From Clostridia bacterium (GTDB lineage Bacteria > Bacillota > Clostridia > Oscillospirales > Acutalibacteraceae): a stretch of DNA of 64,000 nucleotides. The position numbers and the translations under genes were made by a program. The stretch lies in contig JAFTYU010000009.1 in NCBI GenBank assembly GCA_017461235.1, positions 8,177 to 72,176 of the forward strand, in the 5' to 3' direction. The notes below the pieces were generated by a model. It searched no databases. It was given only the letters and a program-made list of their open reading frames with translations, and was not told where the DNA came from. Shown piece after piece: positions 46,804-53,511 of this stretch; within the stretch, counting starts at the first letter, position 1, and each line of letters starts with the position of its first letter.

Positions 46804-47046
46804 ATGATTTCCTACGATAATTTGTGGAAGGTTATGCATGAGAAAGGAGTAACACAGTACGCCTTGATAAAAAAACATAAGATAAGTCCTGCTCAAATCA
46901 CTAGATTAAAACGAAACGAAAGTGTCAGCACTCACACCATAGAAACATTTTGTAAAATTCTCCATTGCAGGGTAGAGGATGTAATGGAATATATACCCGA
47001 TGAAATAATAAACAATACAGAAAATCAGACCGCTTCCCTTTCTTGA
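46804..47046 (+). CDS. XRE-family helix-turn-helix transcriptional regulator (80 aa)
   Basis: NLWKVMHEKGVTQYALIKKHKISPAQITRLKRNESVSTHTIETFCKIL is a classic HTH_XRE. ATG after GGGAG. Confidence 0.85.
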   Translation: MISYDNLWKVMHEKGVTQYALIKKHKISPAQITRLKRNESVSTHTIETFCKILHCRVEDVMEYIPDEIINNTENQTASLS

Positions 47047-47365
47047 AATACTCATTTCAGGGATGCGGTCTGAAAAATTTTAATAAAAAACAAAAAGTCT
47101 TGAAAACACAAGGTTTTCAAGCAATTATCGGTTACCTTTGCGGTTTAGGCAAGCCTAAACCCTACGGTGGTTGGTTGTTCTATGCAACTGCCGAAAAACC
47201 GCAAGTGAACTACCCGCCATTTCGCCTGAACTATATTTGAAAGAAAAGTTTATCTCCCATGGCAAACCCAAGGAAAACAACAATTGTATCCGAGAACGGT
47301 CCCATCCCTATCCGCCAAGGTGCACAGGGATGATAAGGCTTCGCGTTACACTAATCAGAGAAAAA

Positions 47366-47404
47366 ATACGAGGCGAAAAAATCCGCCTCGTATTTGTATA
47401 TTTT
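47366..47404. terminator. bidirectional rho-independent terminator
   Basis: 10-bp stem ATACGAGGCG / CGCCTCGTAT, with an A-run upstream and a T-rich run downstream. Confidence 0.8.
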
Positions 47405-47449
47405 AATCGATGGGAGTTTGTTACTTTGGGTCTTTAAGGTTGCAATTTA

Positions 47450-49237
47450 TTACATTTCACTAAAACCTAATCCACCAAAGTATTTGTAAAGAAAATCTGA
47501 TAGTACTTGGAATAAGTGTGTAAGAAGAACACTAAAATCCAGATACGCGGTATTCTCTTTCGAATCTGCATTTCTGTTTTGAATCTGTTCGCGTACCGCA
47601 TAAAAATTATTTTCTGCTTCTGTATAAGCTTTACTGTCAACATTTGTATTTTCGAGTACAGCTTCAACTTGTGCAATTGCATCGTCGATAAGTGCGATTT
47701 CTTCTGCCGTAAGGTCGCTTTTATCCATTTCCTTCATTTTTTTAATGTCATTCAATATACCCTTTGAGTTTCTGCAAGCATTGAACTGAGGGAATTTATC
47801 AGGATAGGAATGAACACTTGTGAAGTTATTGTCGGTAAGAAGTGCACAAGCAAGCTTCATAATAACATCGTTTGATGCGGTTTTTTCGTGGTTCTGGTTG
47901 TAGAAGTAAAAGGTGGTTTCCGGAAGTAGTCCCGTACAGGCATCAACAATACCGTTGGGGTCGGTGTGGTTGTGGTTTTGCGGGTCTTCGCAGTTGTTAT
48001 GAGTTGCGACGTAATCCGGACCGAGTTGTATATCAACACCGTAACTGAATGCACCCATTGAGGCGGAGTCGAGCTGAATTATACCATCGGCATTTACATC
48101 GTCCCATGAATCAACGAGTTGGTAAAGGGGAACATTGTAGTCAACAATATCGAATACCTCAACACCGTCTTTTATAGCATTTTCGATGTTTTTGTAACGA
48201 TTACATTGTGCATTATAGAACCAATCGGTTTGTCTGCGGATTTCCTCAAGACCATCGTCCATAAGGTACATTTCGCGACATGCAGGGTAATTACCGGAGG
48301 GACAAAGACCCCACATAAGTGTGGAATACCTCATATAGTCATACATAAGTGTTTGAACTACCGTATCAAGAATACTGTTTACATTTGCATTAGGCATAAC
48401 ACGAAGGACGATGTTAATAAGATATCCGATCATATCCTCTTCGCCCATAAGAGAGGGAAGCATTGTTGTATAGAGTTCCGCATCGTCAATAAGTCCGTAT
48501 TGGTAGATTTCACCTATAAGGATTGAACCATCGAGAGCAGGAACAACATATACAATTCTGTTAATATCTTCTGCTACGGAACGGTTATTGTCTGCATAAA
48601 TTTGCATAAGGGCATTAGCAACTGAACCACCCTGGCTGATTGGAACAATATTAACCTTATCAGAACCGGAGTCTTCTTTAACGAACTGTATAAACTCATA
48701 AAGCTCCTGAGCTGTGCCGATCATATTTCCGAAAGATGCATAAGAGAAAAAATAGAGGTTTTCTTCACCCGCGATATCAACATAATTCTGCAAGGGAACC
48801 TGATCAAGAATATACTCGCGGTCATAATCACTAAGATCTGCGAAACTGTCGTTATATTTTGTTGCACGGACATCGTGAATGAATTGACCGTTTTCATCGC
48901 AACGGTTTTTTTCAACAAGAGCCTCACCAAGAATATCGGCAACTGCCCGGGCGGCTTGATTGTCTTTATCCTCCTGAGTTACAAGTAGCTTGGAAATTGG
49001 TATAAGTGCATCGGTAAGTGCCATACCGACAATTTCGACTGTAGAATCCATAAAAAATGGGGGTTCGGCATCGGTTGCCACGTTGTCTTCGTAATATTTT
49101 GTTTCACTTTGGAAAACACCCGGGATTATGATAGAGGGGATATAGGTATCTTCGATTGCAAAAGCAGTTGAAGAAAAACAACCAACCAACATAACAAGAG
49201 ACAAAACCAAAGCAAGAACTTTCTTTGAAATATTCAT
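47450..49237 (-). CDS. secreted alpha/beta-hydrolase (lipase-like), paralogue of 41880-43574 but without a dockerin
   Basis: Signal peptide after MNISKKVL, PSIIIPGV near the N-terminus and VNIVPISQGGS (x-S-x-G), with an overall architecture like the dockerin protein. Confidence 0.65.
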   Translation of the reverse strand: MNISKKVLALVLSLVMLVGCFSSTAFAIEDTYIPSIIIPGVFQSETKYYEDNVATDAEPPFFMDSTVEIVGMALTDALIPISKLLVTQEDKDNQAARAVADILGEALVEKNRCDENGQFIHDVRATKYNDSFADLSDYDREYILDQVPLQNYVDIAGEENLYFFSYASFGNMIGTAQELYEFIQFVKEDSGSDKVNIVPISQGGSVANALMQIYADNNRSVAEDINRIVYVVPALDGSILIGEIYQYGLIDDAELYTTMLPSLMGEEDMIGYLINIVLRVMPNANVNSILDTVVQTLMYDYMRYSTLMWGLCPSGNYPACREMYLMDDGLEEIRRQTDWFYNAQCNRYKNIENAIKDGVEVFDIVDYNVPLYQLVDSWDDVNADGIIQLDSASMGAFSYGVDIQLGPDYVATHNNCEDPQNHNHTDPNGIVDACTGLLPETTFYFYNQNHEKTASNDVIMKLACALLTDNNFTSVHSYPDKFPQFNACRNSKGILNDIKKMKEMDKSDLTAEEIALIDDAIAQVEAVLENTNVDSKAYTEAENNFYAVREQIQNRNADSKENTAYLDFSVLLTHLFQVLSDFLYKYFGGLGFSEM

Positions 49238-49404
49238 ACTATCATTCCTTTCGAGAAAAGTGATATACATATAATATTATAGCAAAAAAATATATATTGT
49301 AAATATTTTCTTGTGTTTTAATGTTGTGAGGTAACAGTGAACAGGAAAATTCGTATTGAAACAGCTTTGTATGTGTGATAAAATAATTAACAGGAGTGAT
49401 AAAT

Positions 49405-51114
49405 ATGAAAAAGAAAATAAGTGCCATAGTATTAGCTTTAGTAATACTGTTCAGCATTTCTTTCAGCACACCTGTATCCGAGGTGATAAACCCCGATGGG
49501 CAAATAAAAGTAATTGCCGCCGCAACTAACTCGAAAATCCCGCATCTTACGGGTGTTGCGAATACCGCAAAAGGTGTAAAAGTCAGTTGGAATAAGCTAA
49601 AGGGTGCTACTAAATATAAGGTTTACAGACGTGTGGCAAACGGAAGTTGGTCTTGTATTGCAACAGTTACATCCAATACATATACAGATACAAAGGCTGT
49701 AAGCGGTACAACTTATAGGTATACGGTCAGAGCATTAGTTAGCGGTTCTTATGGTAAATATGAAAGCGGTCTTGCTATAAAAAGACTTGCTAATCCATCC
49801 GGCATTAAGGCTACAAATGTTGCTGCAGGAATAAAGGTTACCTGGAGTGCAGTAAAGGGTGCAACAGGTTATAAAGTTTACCGTAAGGCAGGTAATGCCA
49901 CATCGTGGACATATCTTGGTGCAGTTAAGAGTAATTCTTATGGCGACAAAAAGGTATCAAGTGGTACAAATTACACTTATACAGTCAAGGCATATAACGG
50001 CTCAACCTTAAGTTCTTATAATGCAACAGGTACTACTACAAAAAGACTTTCTAAACCCGCAAGTTTTAAGGCTACACAGAATAACCAACTTGTAAAAGTA
50101 ACATGGGGAGCAGTAAAAGGTGCGACGGGTTATAGAGTTTATCGTAAAGTGAATAATGCCACATCGTGGACATATCTTGGCGCGGTGAAGACTAACGCAT
50201 ACGTTGATAAAAATGTTTATGTTAATCAAACCTATCGATATACTGTAAAGGCATATTATTCAAACATTGTAAGTAGTTATAGTTCCACAGGTGTTGCAAT
50301 TAAGTTTACCGCCAATGGTGCTTATAAGGCCAACCTTAAAAATATACCGGCGTTCGATGGCTCAACACCCTATGTTGTTATAAATAATAATGTTCCCGGT
50401 CTTTCCGCTTATGACAGAAGTTCTAAGTATTTTGAGAAATATTCCGCTCTTGATTCTCTCGGTCGTTGCGGTGTTGCGTTCGCTTGTCTTGGTATTGAAA
50501 CTATGCCCACTGAAGATAGAGGAAGTATAGGTTCAGTAAAGCCATCCGGTTGGCACACGGTAAAATATGATTGTGTTGATGGCAAATATCTTTATAATCG
50601 TTGTCACCTTATAGGTTTCCAGCTTTCTGCCGAAAATGCAAATGAAAAGAATCTTATTACAGGAACGCGTTACCTTAACGTGGACGGTATGTTGCCATTT
50701 GAAAATATGGTAGCCGACTATATCGAGGAAACAGGAAATCACGTCCTTTACAGAGTTACTCCTGTATTTAAGGGTAATGAGCTTGTTGCTCGTGGAGTGC
50801 AGATAGAAGCGTATTCCGTTGAAGATAAGGGCGAAGGTATATCATTTAATGTGTATTGTTACAATAATCAACCGACCATAACCATTAATTATGCAACAGG
50901 AGAAAGCACGGATTCTTGTACAGGTTCAGGAGATTCAACGGGCGGAACGGTAACCGGTACAACATATATTCTGAACACAAGCACAAATAAATTCCACTAT
51001 CCCGATTGTGGCTCTGCGGACAAAATTTCGGATAGTAACCGAGCAGAATACACAGGTAGCAGAGAAGATTTAATTTCTCAAGGATATTCACCTTGCGGTA
51101 ATTGTGACCCGTGA
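49405..51114 (+). CDS. secreted DNA/RNA non-specific endonuclease (EndA/DNA-entry-nuclease type) with three N-terminal Fn3-like repeats and a C-terminal Cys/His module
   Basis: Signal peptide. Three repeats of about 85 aa (V.W..VKGATGYKVYRK...Y.YTVKAY). Nuclease core DSLGRCG...EDRGSIG...YNRCHLIGFQLS..N..NLITGTRYLN. The tail is KFHYPDCG...GYSPCGNC. Confidence 0.8.
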   Translation: MKKKISAIVLALVILFSISFSTPVSEVINPDGQIKVIAAATNSKIPHLTGVANTAKGVKVSWNKLKGATKYKVYRRVANGSWSCIATVTSNTYTDTKAVSGTTYRYTVRALVSGSYGKYESGLAIKRLANPSGIKATNVAAGIKVTWSAVKGATGYKVYRKAGNATSWTYLGAVKSNSYGDKKVSSGTNYTYTVKAYNGSTLSSYNATGTTTKRLSKPASFKATQNNQLVKVTWGAVKGATGYRVYRKVNNATSWTYLGAVKTNAYVDKNVYVNQTYRYTVKAYYSNIVSSYSSTGVAIKFTANGAYKANLKNIPAFDGSTPYVVINNNVPGLSAYDRSSKYFEKYSALDSLGRCGVAFACLGIETMPTEDRGSIGSVKPSGWHTVKYDCVDGKYLYNRCHLIGFQLSAENANEKNLITGTRYLNVDGMLPFENMVADYIEETGNHVLYRVTPVFKGNELVARGVQIEAYSVEDKGEGISFNVYCYNNQPTITINYATGESTDSCTGSGDSTGGTVTGTTYILNTSTNKFHYPDCGSADKISDSNRAEYTGSREDLISQGYSPCGNCDP

Positions 51115-51132
51115 GATGTTTTATACGTATAT

Positions 51133-51166
51133 AAAAAATCACTCCGTTTTTGCGGAGTGATTTTTT
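51133..51166. terminator. bidirectional rho-independent terminator between convergent genes
   Basis: AAAAAATCACTCCG-tttttg-CGGAGTGATTTTTT. Confidence 0.85.
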
Positions 51167-51171
51167 ATGTA

Positions 51172-51765
51172 TTAATAGCATCTTGAACATGGGGTGTAAC
51201 CCATATTTTGAGCACTTTCTAAAGATACTTGAGAGGGATTTTTCATACCGCTACAACCTGCATGGCTGTGGTATTTTGAACCTGATTGCGGAATCCAGAC
51301 CATTGATGAGTATTCGGGTTCATACTCAATTTGAGTAGTTTCTTTTTCGGTGGTAGTTTGCTTTTCAGTAGTAGTTTGTTTTTCTGTTGTAGGTTGTTTT
51401 TTTGTAGCGGTTTCTGTTGTAGTTGGAACTATTAGTGATTCTTGTGTGGTTGCGAGAGTAGTTTGAACATTAAGATCTTTTACTGTTGTGCTGTCTGTTG
51501 TAGTAGGAGTTGTCTCAATGGTTTCTTCGATAAGAGTTTCTTCAAAAATAGTTGTGTTTTCTGTAGTATCAACATAGTCGATCGAGTTATCACCCATACC
51601 GGAGAATAATGTTATTGTTCCAATTAAAGCCAAAACAACAGTTATTATAATTTTAACTGGCTTTTTCCAATTGGTCAATTTCCACATAAAGAATATGCCG
51701 ACAGGAAAAACCGTAATTAACATTACAATTATAAACCATGTTTTTTCATACCATTTCTTGTTCAA
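51172..51765 (-). CDS. membrane protein with a Thr/Glu-rich linker and the same C-terminal Cys/His module as the nuclease
   Basis: TTG start 7 nt after GAAGGA, two TM segments, EKQTTT repeats, and the tail SKYHSHAGCSGM...GYTPCSRC. Confidence 0.6.
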   Translation of the reverse strand: MNKKWYEKTWFIIVMLITVFPVGIFFMWKLTNWKKPVKIIITVVLALIGTITLFSGMGDNSIDYVDTTENTTIFEETLIEETIETTPTTTDSTTVKDLNVQTTLATTQESLIVPTTTETATKKQPTTEKQTTTEKQTTTEKETTQIEYEPEYSSMVWIPQSGSKYHSHAGCSGMKNPSQVSLESAQNMGYTPCSRCY

Positions 51766-51789
51766 AATTTTTCCTTCTTTCTTGAATTT

Positions 51790-51846
51790 AAAAAGTGTGT
51801 GCAACCGAAGTTACACACACCGAAAAATGCGGAACTTCGATTTGCT
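51790..51846 (-). promoter_or_regulatory. conserved leader element, copy 2 (terminator hairpin with UUCG loop plus upstream box)
   Basis: On the minus strand: GTGTGTGTAAC-TTCG-GTTGCACACAC (11 pairs including one G-U) followed by TTTTT. The upstream CGAAGTT can pair with AACTTCG in the hairpin. Confidence 0.6.
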
Positions 51847-51961
51847 ACCACACAAAATCATCGTCACTCATACAAGAAATGCGAATAAAGAAGTCCGCAC
51901 TTTTGCCAAAAGACAAAAATGCCACTTCTTGCATGAGCACATTATTCGATTTTGTGTGGTA
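51846..51961 (-). other. 116-nt rod-like hairpin in the leader, closed by a perfect 14-bp inverted repeat
   Basis: TACCACACAAAATC (51846-51859) pairs with GATTTTGTGTGGTA (51948-51961). An inner 12-bp helix joins 51867-51878 and 51926-51937. Confidence 0.6.
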
Positions 51962-52034
51962 ATTTTAGAATATCACAAAATATACAAAATATCAATAAAA
52001 AAAGAAAAACATCGTTCAGTCGGTGTTAGAGAGT

Positions 52035-52400
52035 TTAATTGCTATCAGTGTTGTTTTTTGCGGTGTTTAATGTAGAAATTAAAATTCGCTTGATTTCAAG
52101 ACAATCGTTAAGTAAAGATTCGCCTTCTTTTTCGGTAATGTTTTCTGAAAGAACAAGGAGCCTGAGCCAATATTCCGTTTCAGCAGTTTCTTTCAGGGAA
52201 ATGTGGAGTTTTGCTATAAAGTCTGCTTTGCTGGCTCCGTAAATAGCTTCGTTGGCATTTGCACCAATTGAAGTAGCACTTCTTATAATTTGTTTTGAGA
52301 TAATATGCTCTTTTTTATCTCTTAATAAATATTTGTGCAACTTCATTATTCTCGCTGCAAAATTCAAAGACTTTTCTAATAAGATGCTGTCGTGCGCCAT
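52035..52400 (-). CDS. four-helix-bundle protein (23S rRNA intervening-sequence protein / Avd-like family)
   Basis: 121 aa, all-helical, with signatures SATSIGANANEA, SKADFIAKLHISLKETAETEYWL. Confidence 0.75.
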   Translation of the reverse strand: MAHDSILLEKSLNFAARIMKLHKYLLRDKKEHIISKQIIRSATSIGANANEAIYGASKADFIAKLHISLKETAETEYWLRLLVLSENITEKEGESLLNDCLEIKRILISTLNTAKNNTDSN

Positions 52401-52423
52401 AAGTATACCATCCTTCAGATAAT

Positions 52424-52518
52424 AGATAAGAGATAACAGATAATAAAGAATAGAACAAAAGCGTCACGAACTCTATCGTATCTATTATCTATTCACTATT
52501 ATCCATTATCTCTTATCT
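52424..52518. repeat. 95-nt GATAA-rich imperfect palindrome
   Basis: AGATAAGAGATAA (52424-52436) pairs with TTATCTCTTATCT (52506-52518), then GATAA/TTATC plus 9 more pairs around a 33-nt loop. Confidence 0.7.
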
Positions 52519-52543
52519 TAGGCAATCGTAAAATTGCCGCTTT

Positions 52544-52619
52544 TGGAGCTGATAACCGGATTCGAACCGGTGACCTCATCCTTACCAAGGATGCACTCTA
52601 CCACCTGAGCTATATCAGC
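52544..52619 (-). tRNA. tRNA-Thr (anticodon GGU), CCA encoded
   Basis: The hand-folded cloverleaf has a 7-bp acceptor, a CATCC/GGATG anticodon stem with loop TTGGTAA, a GGTTCGAATCC T-arm and a 3' CCA. Confidence 0.95.
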
Positions 52620-52645
52620 AGATGCTTACTTGTCAAGCAAATGAT

Positions 52646-52674
52646 ATTATACATATTGTTTAAGTCATTGTCAA
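52646..52674 (-). promoter_or_regulatory. consensus promoter for tRNA-Thr
   Basis: On the minus strand: TTGACA, a 17-nt spacer, then TATAAT, ending about 27 nt upstream of the tRNA 5' end. Confidence 0.75.
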
Positions 52675-52758
52675 GGTTTTGAGTATAAAAATAATTTTTA
52701 TCTGCCGTTGTAAAGGTATTACATATTTGTTATAATTAAATTTAAAGGATGTGTTACG

Positions 52759-53511
52759 ATGCATAATTTTTTTGTCAATGAAAATAACCGCAACGGAGAT
52801 TTTTATTATATAACAGATTCAGATTTTAACCATATAAAAAATGTTTTGCGTATGAAGGCAGGGGATACTTTTCTGGTAAGTCTGAACGGTAAAAGTGACC
52901 TGTGTGTTCTTGAAGAAATAACAGGGGATACCGCCGTGGCAAAAGTTCTGGAAGAAAACTATCATGATACGAGCCTGCCCGTTAAGCTCTACCTTTTTCA
53001 GGGGCTTCCCAAGAGCGATAAAATGGAGCTTGTTATTCAGAAGGCGGTTGAGCTTGGCGCCGTGGGCATAATACCCGTTGAAATGAACCGATGTGTTGTA
53101 AAAATAGACGATAAGAAAAAGAAAAGCAAGCAGGCACGTTGGCAGGCAATTTCCGAAAGTGCCGCAAAGCAGAGCAAAAGAACGGTAATTCCCGAAGTTT
53201 TTGAGATTATGTCCTATAAAAATGCCTTGAAAAAGGCAGAGAAAATGGATCTTTTTATAGTCCCTTATGAGAGCAAGGATGGTATGGAATCCACAAAAAA
53301 TGCACTTTTTAAAATGAAAAAAGGTATGTCAGTTGGTATTCTTATAGGTCCTGAAGGCGGTTTTGAAGAAAAAGAAATCGAACAGGTACAGGAAATCGGC
53401 GGTGTTACCGTCTCCTTAGGCAAAAGAATTTTACGAACTGAAACGGCGGCTATAACGGCTCTTTCTATGTGTATGCTCTGGGCAGAAATGAACCTTGAGG
53501 TTGAAGAATAA
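52759..53511 (+). CDS. rsmE: 16S rRNA (uracil1498-N3)-methyltransferase RsmE
   Basis: PUA-like N-terminus, SPOUT C-terminus with IGPEGGF and LGKRILRTETA. Confidence 0.85.
   Translation: MHNFFVNENNRNGDFYYITDSDFNHIKNVLRMKAGDTFLVSLNGKSDLCVLEEITGDTAVAKVLEENYHDTSLPVKLYLFQGLPKSDKMELVIQKAVELGAVGIIPVEMNRCVVKIDDKKKKSKQARWQAISESAAKQSKRTVIPEVFEIMSYKNALKKAEKMDLFIVPYESKDGMESTKNALFKMKKGMSVGILIGPEGGFEEKEIEQVQEIGGVTVSLGKRILRTETAAITALSMCMLWAEMNLEVEE

Noticed and set aside
47043-47437. Track ORFs 47043-47240 and 47171-47437, a 24-codon ATG ORF at 47259 and a 25-codon minus-strand ORF
   Set aside because: None has a Shine-Dalgarno, one crosses the strong terminator, and the sequences look non-protein-like. 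I treat the region as non-coding.
51838-51862. T-box-like GTGTGGTAGC in the leader upstream of 51172-51765
   Set aside because: Only the UGGUA core resembles the T-box. The ACCGCG part is missing, copy 1 of the conserved element lacks it, no specifier-loop architecture is seen, and the downstream gene is unrelated to amino-acid metabolism.
51813-51863. 16-codon leader peptide (MILCGSKSKFRIFRCV) ending inside the terminator arm
   Set aside because: It has no convincing Shine-Dalgarno, and the equivalent position in copy 1 gives only a 4-codon ORF, so it is not conserved between the two leaders.
52035-52400. Possibility that the Avd-like four-helix-bundle gene marks a diversity-generating retroelement
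   Set aside because: There is no reverse transcriptase gene and no template/variable repeat pair anywhere in the window. The neighbouring repeats are palindromic, not A-mutagenised direct copies.
52424-52518. GATAA-rich region as a possible CRISPR-like or satellite array
   Set aside because: The units are arranged as one inverted repeat (a hairpin), not as direct repeats with spacers. No cas genes are present anywhere in the window.
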